DNA of 64,000 nucleotides from Planctomycetota bacterium (lineage in GTDB: Bacteria; Planctomycetota; UBA1135; JADKAF01): positions 640,379 to 704,378 of the forward strand of contig JADKAF010000001.1 of the NCBI GenBank assembly GCA_016719295.1, given 5' to 3'. The notes under the pieces are model-generated. The model did not search any database, was not told the DNA's origin, and saw only the letters and a program-made list of their open reading frames with translations. Every line of letters starts with the position of its first letter. Position 1 is the stretch's first letter. This document shows, in pieces, positions 9,766 through 21,300 of this stretch. A program made the translations under genes and the position numbers.

Positions 9766-10635
9766 TCAGCTGGGCGCCTTCGCGCGGCGACCCGCGCGCT
9801 CCTTCGCGAAGCCTTCGCGGGCCTCGCGCACGCAGCGCGCGAGCAGGGCGGCTTGCGCCTCGTCGAGCGCGATCAACGGCGGCGGTGTCGGGGTGCCGGT
9901 CGGCAGGGCGGGATCGCGCCGTGCGGGTAGCTCGCGCGCGAGCGCGCGCGCCGGACGGCCCTGGATCGCCTCGAGGAGCAGCGCGGCGGCGAGATAGGAG
10001 CCGCAGGGCGCGGCATGGCTGCCGTCCTCCGCGTACAGGCTCAGGGGAGCCGAGGCCGCGTTGCCCGCCACCGGCGTCTGCTCGCGCTTGGATCCCGCGC
10101 GCTTCGCGAGTGCGGCATGGCGTTCGAAGGCGCGCCCGACGGGCGCCATCGTTGCACCCAGCTCGGCGGCGATCTCTGCGTAGGCCTCCTCGAGGCCCGC
10201 TCGTTGCTCGGGGTGATCGCGCCGCGCCCAGGTGCAGAAGAAGACGACGCGCGTGCTCGTCTTGGCCGCCGTGGCGTGCAGCTCGCGGACGGCGGCGTGG
10301 AAGGCCGCGCGATCGAGGAGCGGGAGCTGGCTCTGCTCCTGAAGGACCAGGACCTCGAAGCGCCCGGTGGCGAGCTTCTCGGCGACCGCGCCGCTCTCCA
10401 CGTGGTTCCGCAGCGTCGCCCCGCCGATCGCGATCGACTCGACCTCGAGCGGGCGCGCGCCCTTCTCGGCGGCGGCGAGCCCTCGAACCATCCAGGGCAC
10501 GTCGTTGCCATAGGTGTACGAGTTGCCGACGAAGAGCACGCGCAGCGGCGAATCGGCCCCCGCGGGCACGGCGGAGCGCGGTGAGGGCTCCTGGGCGAGG
10601 CAGAGCGCGAGCGCGGCGAGGGCGAAGGCGAGCAT
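9766..10635 (-). CDS. secreted SGNH-like hydrolase (DUF4886-like)
   Basis: Internal ATG at 10635 gives signal peptide MLAFALAALALCLAQEP. RVLFVGNSYTYGNDVP block typical of SGNH/DUF4886 proteins. The longer upstream ORF is Arg-rich junk. Confidence 0.6.
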   Translation of the reverse strand: MLAFALAALALCLAQEPSPRSAVPAGADSPLRVLFVGNSYTYGNDVPWMVRGLAAAEKGARPLEVESIAIGGATLRNHVESGAVAEKLATGRFEVLVLQEQSQLPLLDRAAFHAAVRELHATAAKTSTRVVFFCTWARRDHPEQRAGLEEAYAEIAAELGATMAPVGRAFERHAALAKRAGSKREQTPVAGNAASAPLSLYAEDGSHAAPCGSYLAAALLLEAIQGRPARALARELPARRDPALPTGTPTPPPLIALDEAQAALLARCVREAREGFAKERAGRRAKAPS

Positions 10636-10708
10636 GCGCGGGATTCCTCGGTGGCGAACGCGCTCACGATAACTACGCTCTCTCCACGCGTCGCCCTCGC
10701 GAGGAGCC

Positions 10709-11036
10709 CATGCCGAAGGAATCGCGCCGCAGCGAGCTCGAAGCCGCGGCCCATCGTCGCTACTGGTCGCACAGCGTGCGCACGATCGCGCTGCTGCTGC
10801 TGCTCTGGGCCGCCTTCGGACTGGGCTGTGGCGTGCTCTGGGCCGATGCGCTGAACCGCTGGTCGATCGGGGGCTTCCCGCTCGGCTTCTGGTTCGCGCA
10901 GCAGGGGAGCTTGCTCGGGTTCCTGCTCCTGATCGCGATCTACGCCGTCGCGATGGGGCGCTTCGATCGCCGGCTGCGCGCGGAGCTCGACGCGGCGCGG
11001 GCAGCCGATCCGGCGAGCGAGGAGCGACGCGCATGA
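10709..11036 (+). CDS. DUF4212 small membrane protein (putative solute symporter small subunit)
   Basis: MPKESRRSELEAAAHRRYWSH…GGFPLGFWFAQQGSLLGFLLLIAIYAVAM matches the conserved DUF4212 motif. ATGA overlap with the downstream symporter gene. Confidence 0.85.
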
Positions 11037-12847
11037 GCGTTCAGGCTTGGACCTTCCTCATCGCCGGGGGGACCTTCGCGCTCTACCTCGCGATCGCCTG
11101 GTGGGCCCGCGTCAGCGACACGAAGGGCTTCTACGTCGCGGGCCAGGGGATCCCCGCCGCGGCGAACGGCATGGCGACCGCCGCCGACTGGATGAGCGCC
11201 GCGAGCTTCCTCTCGATGGCCGGGCTCATCGCGAGCATGGGCTACGCGGGCGGCATGTATCTGATGGGCTGGACCGGCGGCTACGTGCTGCTGGCGCTCC
11301 TGCTCGCGCCGTACCTGCGGAGAGCGGGCCACTTCACCGTGCCGGGCTTCGTCGCCGATCGCTATGGCTCGAACTTGGCCCGCGGCCTGGCCGTGCTCTG
11401 CGCGCTCTTCATCAGCTTCACCTACGTCGCGGGGCAGATGCGCGGGGTCGGCATCGTGTTCTCGCGCTTCCTCGAGGTCGACGTCGAGATCGGCGTGATG
11501 ATCGGCGTCGCGATCGTCTTCGTGTACGCGACGCTCGGCGGGATGAAGGGCATCACCTGGACGCAGGTCGCGCAGTATTGGGTGCTGATCACGGCGTTCC
11601 TCGTGCCCGCGATCGCGATCTCGATCCGGCTCACCGGCGTCGCGGTGCCGTCGATCGGGATGGGCAGCACGCTCCTCGACGGCTCGGCGAGCTTGCTCGC
11701 GAAGCTGGATCAGCTCCACGCCGACCTCGGATTCGCGTCCTACACGCAGCCCTTCGAGGGCGAGTGGGACAAGACGAACGTCTTCTGCGTGACCCTCGCG
11801 CTGATGGCCGGCACGGCGGGTCTGCCGCACGTGATCGTGCGCTTCTACACGGTGAAGAACGTCGCCGCCGCGCGCTGGAGCGCCTTCTGGGCGCTCGGCT
11901 TCATCTTGCTGCTCTATCTCACGGCGCCCGCGGTGGGTGCCTTCGCGCGCTACTACATGCTCTCCAGCCTGCACGGGAAGACCGAGGCCGAGCTGCCGCA
12001 GTGGTTCCGCTCGTGGCAGCCGACGGGGCTCGTGCTCTGGCTCGACGACGGCGACGGCAAGGTGGCGTTCTACGGGACGCGCGATCCGGGACGCTTCGCC
12101 GAGAGCGAGATCTTCCGCCGCGGGGCGCTCAACGCCGACGAGCTCGCCACCGTGCGCGTAGAGCACCAGAAGTGGATCGACACGCGCGGGAGCGCCGGCG
12201 CCGATGGACGAGCGATCCTGCGCGCGAAGGGGCTCGCCGGCCCCGACCAGGACATCCTCGTGCTCGCGACGCCGGAGATGGCCGAGCTCGCGGCATGGAT
12301 CGTGGCGCTGGTCGCGGCGGGGGCGCTGGCCGCGGCGCTCTCCACGGCGAGCGGGCTCCTGCTCGTGATCTCTTCCAGCGTCGCGCACGACCTCTACTTC
12401 CGCTGGATCGATCCGCAAGCCAGCGAAGCGAAGCGCTTGCTGGTGAGCCGCGCGGTGATCGGTGTCGCCGTGGTGATCGCGGGCATCTTCGGCATCTACC
12501 CGCCGGGCTTCGTGAGCCAGGTCGTCGCGTTCGCCTTCGGGGTCGCGGCGGCGAGCTTCTTCCCCGCGCTCGTGCTGGGCATCTTCTCGCGGCGCGTGGG
12601 TGGAGTCCCCGCGATGTGCGGCATGGCCGCGGGCGCGCTCTTCACCGGCTGGTACATCATCGCCAGCGTCTACGGCGGCATGGAGCCCTGGTGCTTCGGC
12701 ATCAAGGCGCAGGGCATCGGCGTCGTCGGCATGCTGCTGAACTTCGGCGTCGCGCTGCTCCTGACGCCGCTCTTCCCGAGGCCGGACGAGCGCGTGCAGC
12801 GCTTGCTCGACGAAATTCGCGAGCCGGAGTCGGGAGCGGCGGCGTGA
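11033..12847 (+). CDS. sodium:solute symporter family transporter (VC_2705/ActP-like)
   Basis: 604 aa, about 13 TM segments. SSS-family organisation, paired with DUF4212 as is conserved for this subfamily. Confidence 0.9.
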   Translation: MSVQAWTFLIAGGTFALYLAIAWWARVSDTKGFYVAGQGIPAAANGMATAADWMSAASFLSMAGLIASMGYAGGMYLMGWTGGYVLLALLLAPYLRRAGHFTVPGFVADRYGSNLARGLAVLCALFISFTYVAGQMRGVGIVFSRFLEVDVEIGVMIGVAIVFVYATLGGMKGITWTQVAQYWVLITAFLVPAIAISIRLTGVAVPSIGMGSTLLDGSASLLAKLDQLHADLGFASYTQPFEGEWDKTNVFCVTLALMAGTAGLPHVIVRFYTVKNVAAARWSAFWALGFILLLYLTAPAVGAFARYYMLSSLHGKTEAELPQWFRSWQPTGLVLWLDDGDGKVAFYGTRDPGRFAESEIFRRGALNADELATVRVEHQKWIDTRGSAGADGRAILRAKGLAGPDQDILVLATPEMAELAAWIVALVAAGALAAALSTASGLLLVISSSVAHDLYFRWIDPQASEAKRLLVSRAVIGVAVVIAGIFGIYPPGFVSQVVAFAFGVAAASFFPALVLGIFSRRVGGVPAMCGMAAGALFTGWYIIASVYGGMEPWCFGIKAQGIGVVGMLLNFGVALLLTPLFPRPDERVQRLLDEIREPESGAAA

Positions 12848-12890
12848 GCGCTGCGTAGGAACGGCGTCGATCTGCGAGGACTCGCCACTC

Positions 12891-14208
12891 ATGCTCGCCT
12901 CCCGTCTCCTCGGGCTCGCCCTCTGCGCCGCCGCTGCGGCGCAGGAGGGTGAGATCGTCGTTCCCGCGCAGGATCCCGCCCCGGCCCCGGCCCCGGCCCC
13001 GGCCCCCGACGCTGCGCGCCGCGCTCGAGCCGGCGTCCGCGATCGAGGTCGAGAAGCTGCTCTTCGGCCCGTCGCGCTACGGCGTCCTCCTCGCGCCGAA
13101 CGACATCCAGCAGGTCGCGGTCGCGGGCAGCCCGCTCGAGCTCGTGCGCTTCGCCGACGAGCTCGAGCTGCGCGGCGCGGGGCTGAAGAAGCCGCAGCGC
13201 TTGAAGAAGGCCGGCGACGTCGAGCTCGCGGGACCGGAAGGGACCGCGACCCTGCGCTGCACGCCGTTCCGCGGCGCGTTGCCGGGCGTCATGACCAGCG
13301 AGAACCCGATCGTCGTGCAGTGGCACGTGATGCGGCTCGAATCACGCGCGGCGCACTTCGACGGCCTGCCTTCGCTCGCGCTGCTCGACGCGAACCTGAA
13401 CGGTAGCTGGCTCGACTTCGGCACGGATCTCGTGCTGCGCGGCGAGGAGCGGATCGCGACGAAGCTGTCGAAGACGATGCCGCTCGGCGAGCGCTGGTAT
13501 GGCGTGAAGAAGGCGGACGGTGCCGCTGCGTCCAGCGAAGCAGCGCTCGAGCTCGGCGCGTTGGAAGCGAAGCTCGGTACGCTCGACCCGCGCGACGCCT
13601 CGCGCTTGCCCGCGAGCTGCACCCATCTCGTGCTCGTGAACGGCAGCCAGGACGAAGCGCTCTTCGCCGTGGGGCAGGAGCCGCTGCGTTTGCCACTCGG
13701 ACCCTATCGCCTGCGTCACGCCGTCTGCGGCGACGCGTACGAAGCGCTCGGCGGAGAGGGCCTGGAGCCTTGGTGCACGGTGACGCTGGAGGAGACCGCG
13801 CGGCCGAGCTTCGGCGCGCCGTATCGCCTGCGGCCGTTCGGCATGGGCTTCAAGGACCTCGATGCTCCCGTCGGAAGTGGTAGCTCGTTCTCCTCGGCGG
13901 GCGGGCGCATCGTCTTCCACATCCACGGCACGCGCGTGCGCGGCGGTGCCAGCGAGATCTGGGATCGCGTCCGAGAGGGCGCACTCGCACGCGTGCTCGG
14001 TGCGACTTCGTTCGCCGAGAAGAATGCGCGTCTAGGCACTACGATGCAGAACGGCAAGCCCGGCAAGAGCGAGAGCTGGTGCTTCGCGAAGAAGGGCAGC
14101 TACGAATCGCCGGCGTCCGTCACCGACCGCACGGCGTCGTTCTGGATGGAGCTCGAGGTGGAGGGGTTCGGGGACCTGCGGGTGGATGTGCCGCTGGGCT
14201 CGCGCTGA
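12891..14208 (+). pseudogene. secreted hypothetical protein, apparently frameshifted at a (CCGGCC)4 tract
   Basis: ATG at 12891 in frame 0 encodes signal peptide MLASRLLGLALCAAAAAQEGE then PAPAPAPAP, after which frame 0 becomes Arg-rich junk. The protein-like body (…EVEKLLFGPSRYGVLLAPNDIQQ… to 14208) continues in frame +1 (ORF 12949..14208). Confidence 0.5.
12981..13004. repeat. (CCGGCC)4 hexanucleotide tract followed by a C5 run
   Basis: ccggcc x4 then cccgac. Site of the inferred frame change. Confidence 0.8.
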
Positions 14209-14565
14209 TGCGCTCCATGCTCGGTGATCGCGCGGGCGTACGAGCAGGAGACGGCCGATCCTCGGGGCCTCGCTGAAGGCGCCGCTGACCATGCGTCTAC
14301 TTGCACCGTCGTGGAACGCGTCGACGCGAGATCGGTACCCGAACCCACGACGAGCGCGAACATGCGGACGCGAGGTTCGCGACGACCGCTCCGCCAGCCC
14401 TACGGCGAAGCAAGCGCCGCGCCCGCCGCGCGTGAACGACTTCGAACGACACCGAGCGTCGACGCGCCTACGACGTCGGGTGCGATTCGAGAGCGAGCGC
14501 GGCGGTCACGTCGCTTGCATCGCCTTTGGGATGCGGCTCCGCTGCGTCGATAGACATCGTGCGCC

Positions 14566-14600
14566 GTTTCGGAGCCCGCGGGAGGCGGGGGCTCCGAAAC
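14566..14600. repeat. REP-like hairpin (12 bp stem gtttcggagccc / gggctccgaaac, 11 nt loop)
   Basis: Perfect stem. Same element in inverted orientation at 15653-15687, and again at 28702-28736 and 29780-29814, with compensatory stem variants. Confidence 0.7.
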
Positions 14601-14830
14601 TCATGCTACGGGAGGAATCGGACGTCGACGCGAGAACCGCGTCGAGAGACATCGGTTCGTCGCCCGCGCGGCAGCAGGGCGACAACGTGGCTTAGCTGCG
14701 AGCTCGGCGCGCGAGCAACGTCGCTCTATCAAGAATCCGACTTTGTATGAAACCCAAGACGCCTCCTCTTCGTTCTCCATGCTGGAACGATATCGGGGAA
14801 GGCGACGTAGGATGAGGCAGAGGAGGACGC

Positions 14831-15568
14831 ATGCGCCGCAAGGTTCAACAGCTCGAGTTCGACTTTCGTCAGCATGGTGGGAAGCGCAAGGGTGCGGGAC
14901 GAAAGCCGAAGAACGCCAAACCCGGCATGCCGCACCGTCAGCGCTCGACGAAGAAGCGCGGCGAGCCGCTGCACATCACCGTGCGACTTGCGGAGGGCCT
15001 GCCGTCGCTGCGCCGAGGTGACGCGCTGAAGCTCGTGCTCGCTGCGCTCAGCGCGAGCAGCGATCGCCACGGGATGCGGACATCCACTACTCCGTGCAGG
15101 GCAATCACCTGCACCTGCTCGTCGAAGCCGATGATCGTGAGTGCGTCGCGCGCGGCATGAACGCTCTGCTGAGCCGCTCGCGCGCACGCCGAACAAGCTC
15201 TGGGGTCGCAGCGCCAAGGTGTTTCCCGATCGCTATCACGACGAGGTGATCTCGACGCCGGCGCAGGCGAGAATGCGCTGCGGTACGTGCTGCAGAACGG
15301 TAAGAAGCACGGCGTCGTGCCGCGATCGTCGATCGATCTTTGCTCGAGCGCGCCCGTGTTCGAGGGTTGGATGGAGCGCCTGTCGATCGCCGCGATCCCA
15401 GCCGCACCAGTGGTGGCCACCGTTGCGCCCGCCTCGACCTGGCTGCTCACCACCGGCTGGCGCCGCCACGGATTGCTCGACATCCACGAGCTGCCGCATC
15501 ACGAGAAGCAGGCCGGCCGACCGCGAGCGAACCTCGCCGATGCAAGCCGCCGAGCAACCTCGCGCTAA
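14831..15568 (+). pseudogene. IS200/IS605-family (RAYT-like) HuH tyrosine transposase, at least three frameshifts
   Basis: Pieces in three frames (14831.., 15141.., 15287..) together align to the intact 246 aa copy at 28830..29570 (HLHLLVEADD HuH motif, ALRYVLQNGKKHGVV Tyr motif). Single-base indels at ~15075, ~15150 and ~15270. Confidence 0.7.
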
Positions 15569-15652
15569 CGCGCTCGGCCGCCGCGCGGGCGCGGAACCCA
15601 TGTCTGTCGACGTCGTTCATGCGTCGACGTCCGAACGCACCCATGAGCATGA

Positions 15653-15687
15653 GTCTCGGAGCCCCCGCCTCCCGCGGGCTCCGAGAC
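15653..15687. repeat. REP-like hairpin, inverted copy (gtctcggagccc / gggctccgagac)
   Basis: Stem position 3 changed T to C with a compensating A to G on the partner arm. Confidence 0.7.
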
Positions 15688-16055
15688 GGCGCACGATGTC
15701 CATCGACGAAGCGGAGCCGCGCCCGGAGGCGCAGCGAGCGACGTGAACGACGCGCGACGCTCCGCGCTTGTCTCTCGCGTCGTTCGCGCGTCGACGCTCG
15801 AACACCTTCGACCTGATACGCGCGCGTCGGGCGCGGCGCTTGCTTCGCCGTAGGGCCGGGCGTAGCGCATGCGCGGTCTTGCGTTCGCTCGCCTCTCGCG
15901 TTCACGCGCTCGCACTCGAAGTGGAAGCGTCGACGCGAATTCGACGCGCGGCTCGAGCACGCGCGCGATCCGTGGGGCGCAAGTGCACGCAGGGACGCTC
16001 CCGTCGGCGCTCCGGCGTCCATGCGCGAGGCGGCGGATGTCGCCGAGCGCGCAGG

Positions 16056-17042
16056 TCAGCTGCGCGAGCGAGCCGAGCGCCGCGCCTCCGCGAGCAGCGC
16101 ATCGAGGAGGCGCGCGTTCTTCAGCCCCTCGTCCGGCCCGAGCTTCGGCTTCGAGCCCGTGCGGATCGCGCGGCAAAGGTCCTCGACCTCGAGCCGGAAC
16201 ACATCGACGATCTCGAAGGGATAGTGCGTCTCGCCGCCTTCCTGGCGCAGCACGAGCAGCGGCTCTTCTTCCCACGAGAGGAACGCGTGACGGAGCTCGA
16301 GCGTGCCGCGGGTGCCGGAGAGCAGCACGCGATTGCGGAGCCCGCCGTCGAAGCCGGACGAGATCACCGCGAAGCGCCCGCCCTCGTACTCGAGGATGCC
16401 GTGCAGTGAAAGGTCCACGCCGTGGACCGGGTGGAAGGCGCCACGCGCGGAGAGGCCCACCGGCTCGTCGCCGAGGAGCAGGCGGCAGACGTTCACGCAA
16501 TAGCAGCCGACGTCGAGCAGACCGCCGCCGCCCCAGTCGTCGTTCAGGCGCACGTCGTCCTCCTTCGTGAGGTGGAAGGAGAACGAGGCCTCGACGGTGC
16601 GGAGCTCGCCGATCGCGCCGCCGCGCACGAGCTCCAACATCTTCGCGATCTGCGGGTGATGCCGGTACATGAAGGCTTCGACCAGGTGGCGCTTCCGCTG
16701 CGTCGCGCGCGCGAGCATGCGCTCGCACTCCGCGGCGTTCCGGCCGAGCGGCTTCTCGCAGAGCACGTGCTTCCCGCAGTCGAGCGCCTCCAGGCAGAGC
16801 TCCTCGTGGAGGCCGTTGTGCGTCGCGATGTAGACCGCTTCCACGCGCTCGTCGCGCAAGAGCTCCGCGTAGCTGCCGTAGGAGCGCGCGGCGTCGAGGG
16901 ACTTCGCACGCGCGAGGTCGCGGCTCGCCGCGGCCTCCAGCGTCGCGAGCGGCGAGGCGGCGACGGCGGGGGCGAAGCGGTTCTGGGCGATGCGCCCGAC
17001 GCCGAGGACGCCGAAGCGGACGGGTTCGATGCTCGCGGTCAT
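16056..17042 (-). CDS. Gfo/Idh/MocA family NAD(P)-dependent oxidoreductase
   Basis: N-terminal Rossmann VRFGVLGVGRIAQNRFAPAV. EKP motif (HVLCEKPLG). 328 aa. Confidence 0.85.
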   Translation of the reverse strand: MTASIEPVRFGVLGVGRIAQNRFAPAVAASPLATLEAAASRDLARAKSLDAARSYGSYAELLRDERVEAVYIATHNGLHEELCLEALDCGKHVLCEKPLGRNAAECERMLARATQRKRHLVEAFMYRHHPQIAKMLELVRGGAIGELRTVEASFSFHLTKEDDVRLNDDWGGGGLLDVGCYCVNVCRLLLGDEPVGLSARGAFHPVHGVDLSLHGILEYEGGRFAVISSGFDGGLRNRVLLSGTRGTLELRHAFLSWEEEPLLVLRQEGGETHYPFEIVDVFRLEVEDLCRAIRTGSKPKLGPDEGLKNARLLDALLAEARRSARSRS

Positions 17043-17091
17043 GAGCGGCTCACGGTGGGATTGCGGAGTTCGGAGGTCGAGGAGGAGACGT

Positions 17092-18318
17092 TCAGCGCGG
17101 GGCGGGATGCTCGAGGCGAGCGAAGGAGCGGATCCACCCGGGGAGCACCGCGGCGGTGAGGATGCCCAGGGAGACCGGCACCCATTCGATGGGCAGGAGC
17201 GCCGAGGTGGCGCCGAAGTATCCGGCGCTCAGGAAGATGAAGATCCAGTTCGTGAAGTTGGAGACGGCGATCACGCTGCCGCGCTCGCTCGGCGGGGCCG
17301 AGCTCTGGATCCAGACCACGAAGGGCAGGCCGAAGAGCGCGCCGCTCCCGCCGAGCACGAACAGCACGACGTGCACGAGCGGCAGCGCGTGATGCGCGAT
17401 GCCGAGCGCGAGCAGCCCCGCGATCATGCCGAGAGCACCCCAGCGCGCGAGGCCGAAGCGGATCGCACCGCGGGCGAGGTAGCCGCCCAGCACCGAGCCC
17501 GCCGCCATGCCGACGCTCAGCGTCACCAGCAGGAAGCTCGTGCCGCGGTCGTCGAGGTCCATCAGGATCTTGCCGTAGCGGTTCATGCACTGCTGCACGA
17601 CGCCGCCCATGAACCAGAAGAACGAGTAGGCGAGCAGCACGTCGCGCCACGAGCGCTGGCGGAGCAGCGCCACGAGCGTCGGGAAGAGATCGGCGAAGGG
17701 CTGGCGCGAGAGCACGAGCTCCGGCCGCTGCGCGGGCTCCGTTCGCACGACGAGGCTCGTCAGCGTGCCGAGCGCCGCGATCAGCACGCAGACCGCGGCG
17801 GGGGCCAGGAGCGCTGCGCCGAAGGTGTTCTTCAGGGCCCCGGCGGCGGCGTTCCCGAGGATCACCGCGAGGAAGGTCGTCATCTGCACGATGCCGTTCG
17901 CGCGGGACATGCCGCCGGCCTCGATCATCTCCGGGATCGCGCCGTACTTCGCGGGCCCGAAGAACGCGCTCTGCGCGCCCATCAGGAACACGACGACCAG
18001 CAGGAACGGGAGGCTCTGCAGCGCGAAGCCGAGCGCTGCGAGACCCATCACCCCGATCTCGGCCACCTTCGCGAGGACGATGACGCGCCGCTTCGCGTAG
18101 CGGTCCGCGAGCTGCCCCGCGAGCCCCGAGAAGAGCACGAAGGGCAGGGCGAAGAGCGCCGCCGCCAAGGCGTCCAGCGACTCGCCGCCGGACTTCACGT
18201 GGTCGACGGCGAGCAGCACGACGAGCTGCTTGAACAGATTGTCGTTGAACGCGCCGAGGAACTGGGTCGCGACGAAGCCCCGGAAAGAGCGGGCGACCGC
18301 CCTCCCCGGGGTGCTCAC
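17092..18318 (-). CDS. MFS transporter (LplT-like)
   Basis: Twelve hydrophobic segments, FLGAFNDNLFKQ motif. Start placed at the GTG whose sequence GTGA overlaps the gdh stop. The longer upstream ORF overlaps gdh by 350 bp and is Arg-rich. Confidence 0.7.
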   Translation of the reverse strand: MSTPGRAVARSFRGFVATQFLGAFNDNLFKQLVVLLAVDHVKSGGESLDALAAALFALPFVLFSGLAGQLADRYAKRRVIVLAKVAEIGVMGLAALGFALQSLPFLLVVVFLMGAQSAFFGPAKYGAIPEMIEAGGMSRANGIVQMTTFLAVILGNAAAGALKNTFGAALLAPAAVCVLIAALGTLTSLVVRTEPAQRPELVLSRQPFADLFPTLVALLRQRSWRDVLLAYSFFWFMGGVVQQCMNRYGKILMDLDDRGTSFLLVTLSVGMAAGSVLGGYLARGAIRFGLARWGALGMIAGLLALGIAHHALPLVHVVLFVLGGSGALFGLPFVVWIQSSAPPSERGSVIAVSNFTNWIFIFLSAGYFGATSALLPIEWVPVSLGILTAAVLPGWIRSFARLEHPAPR

Positions 18319-21300
18319 GCGCGGACCTGGGCGAGCTTCGAGAAGCGGTCGTTCAGGATGAACAGCGTGCCGAGCGAGAGCGCGCCGGAGGTGCGCGCCT
18401 TCTCGAGCATCCCGCGGATCATCTCCAGGTCCTGCGCGTGGGCCGCGGCCCAGCGCTCGACGGCGGCGCGCACGTCCTCGGCCGCGTGGTGCTTCAGGAT
18501 CGCCACCACCGTCGTGCGGTAGGTCGTGCGCAGCATCTCGGTCAGGATCGAGCGAGCTTGGCGCTCCTCGTCGGCCTTCTCGTTGCCGGCCTTCGCCTCG
18601 CGCAGCGCCTCGGCGAACTCGAGCGCGGTGCCGGTGCGGTAGTAGACCTCCATCGCGCGCAGCAGCTCGCACTTGGCCTCGCTGGCGATGCCGGTGATCT
18701 CACCGGCGCGCGCCAGGTGGTGGAGCGAGCCCAACCGCTCGGCGAACTCCTCGGGGAAGCCGCGCGAGACGAGGCGCGAGTAGAGCTCCTCGCTGTCGCG
18801 ACGGCGCCATTCGACCGGGGTCTCGGCGGCGCGCGTCTTCAGCGCTGCGACGTCGGAGCGGTGCTTCTCGATCGCCTGCTGGATGGAGAGCCCGCTGTCG
18901 AGCCAGCGCAGGATCGAGGGGATCAAGCGCTCCTGAGCGGTCGCGACCATGCGGTACGCGATGATCTGCGCGTCGGTCGGCACGCGGCCGTCGAGCTGAT
19001 CGATCTCCGCCGCGAGCGCCGGCGTGCCGAGCAAGGCGTCGGCGACGAGGAACGCGCGCGCCAGCTGCGCGAGATTGCAGCCGAGCATGCTCGCCACGCG
19101 AGCAGGCCAGGCGACGCCCACGCGGTCGACGATGCGGTTCGTGAGCATCGTCGCGGCGATCTCGCGGCGCAGGCGATGGCGATCGATGTCGGCGGCGTAG
19201 CTCTTCTGGATCTCGTTGGGGAAGTAGGCGTGCAGGAGCGGCCGCAGCGCGGCGTCGTCCGCTACGTCGCTGTCCAGGATCTCGCGGAAGAGGTCGATCT
19301 TCGAGTAGGCGAGCAGCACCGCGATCTCGGGACGCGTGAGCCCTTCGTTGCGGGCGGCGCGCGCCTCCAGCTCGTCGCGAGATGGCAGGAACTCGACCGC
19401 GCGGTCGAGTAGGCCGTTGGTGACGAGGCGCTCCATCAGCGCGCGGTAGGGAGAGAGATCCTCCAGCGAGCGCTGCCGGTCCATGCTGAGGACCAGGCTC
19501 TGGCGGTAGTTGTCCTCCAGCACGAGCAGGCAGACCTCGTCGGTCAGGCTGCGCAGGAGGTCGTTCCGTTGCTCGATCGTGAGGCGGCCTTCCTGCACCA
19601 CCGGGGCGAGCAGGATCTTCAGGTTCACCTCGTGGTCGGAGAGGTCGACGCCGGCCGAGTTGTCGATCGCGTCGGTGTTGATACGACCGCCCGCGGCTGC
19701 GAACTCGATGCGCGCGCGCTGGGTGAACCCGAGGTTACCGCCCTCGCCGACGACCTTGCAGCGGAGCTGGCGGGAGTCGACGCGCAGCGCGTCGGTCGCC
19801 TCGTCGCGCACGTCGGCGTGCGTCTCGGTGCCGGCCTTGACGTAGGTTCCGATCCCCCCGTTCCAGAGGAGATCGCACGGCATCTTCAGGATCGCGCGGA
19901 TCAGGTCCTCGGGCGCCATCTCGGCGTCGGAGACGTCCAGCATCGCGCGCACCTCGGGCGAGAGCGGGATCTTGCGGAGCTTCCGCGAGAAGATGCCGCC
20001 GCCGGCCGAGATCAGGTCCTTGCGGTAGTCGGCCCAGGAGGAGCGAGGGAGCGCGAACATGCGCTTGCGCTCCAGGAACGACGTCGCCGGATCCGGATTC
20101 GGGTCGAGGAAGATGTCGCGGTGGTCGAACGCGGCGCGCAGCTTGATCGTCTGCGCGAGGAGCATGCCGTTCCCGAAGACGTCGCCGCTCATGTCGCCGA
20201 TGCCGACGACGGTGAAGGGCGTCTTCTGGATGTCGATGTTCATCTCGCGGAAGTGGCGCTTCACGCACTCCCAGCCACCGCGCGCGGTGATGCCTTCCTT
20301 CTTGTGGTCGTAGCCCTGGGAGCCGCCCGAGGCAAAGGCGTCGCCAAGCCAGAACCCGCGCTCGAGCGAGAGCGCGTTCGCGAAGTCGGAGTAGGTCGCG
20401 GTGCCCTTGTCGGCGGCGACGACCAAGTAGGGATCTTCGCCGTCGTAGCGCACGCAGCGCTCGGGATGCACCACCTTGCCGTCGACGATGTTGTCGGTGA
20501 TGTCGAGCAGGCCCGAGATGAAGGTGCGGTAGCGATCGATGCCTTCCTTCAGATGCGCTTCGCGCTCGGCGTGCTGGCGCTTCGTGATGAAGCCGCCCTT
20601 CGAGCCCACGGGCACGATCACCGCGTTCTTCGTGCGCTGGGTCTTCATGAGGCCCAGGACTTCGGTGCGGAAGTCGTCCTTGCGATCGCTCCAGCGGATG
20701 CCGCCGCGCGCGACGGGGCCGCTGCGGAGGTGGACGCCTTCCATGTACGTCGCGTGGATGTAGATCTCGTAGAGCGGCCGCGGGGCCGGCATGTCGTCGA
20801 CCTTCGCGCACTCGATCTTGATCGCGATGCGCCGCTCGCCCTTCAGCGTCTGGTAGAAGTTCGTGCGCAGGGTCGAATCGATCGCGTTCAGGAAGCGCGC
20901 GAAGATGCGGTAGTCGCGGACATCGCTGATCGCCTCGAGCTGCTGCATCAGCGCCGCTCTCCGCTCGGGCAGCGCGCCCTGCAGGCGTTGCGCTCCCGGG
21001 AGCCCGCCTAGCGACGCCGGGTCGAAGCGCGCGTGGAAGTACTGGACCAGCGCGTTCACCGCCGGGCCGTTCCGGAGCAGCGCGTCGTGGATCGACGGCA
21101 GCGAGAGATCGCGGCGCACCTGCAGGATGTAGTTGCGGTAGGTGCGCAGCAGGTCGACCTCGCGCCAGTCGAGGGCCGCGTTCACGATCAAGCCGTTCAG
21201 CGCGTCGTTCTCGATCTCGCCCGCGAGCGCGAGGGAGATCAGGTCGCGAAGGCCGCGCGCGACCGGCGGCGCGAGAAAGTTCCCGCGCTCGTCCTGCACG

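Larger units (their letters stand above)
14300..16000 (+). mobile_element. IS200/RAYT-like element copy 1 (decayed): ~500 bp left flank, frameshifted HuH-Y1 transposase gene, ~450 bp inverted right flank
   Basis: Flanks 14300-14830 and 15570-16000 are imperfect inverted repeats of each other and match the flanks of the copy at 28390-30065. Each flank carries a 35 nt hairpin (14566-14600, 15653-15687). Confidence 0.6.

Noticed and set aside
9507-11036. 509 aa plus-strand ORF
   Set aside because: Only the last 109 aa (DUF4212) is real. The upstream part is antisense to the SGNH-like gene and is Arg-rich junk.
17092-18672. Longer MFS start at 18672 (526 aa)
   Set aside because: That start would overlap the gdh coding region by about 350 bp and adds an Arg/Gly-rich N-terminus. 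The GTG at 18318, coupled to the gdh stop, is more plausible.
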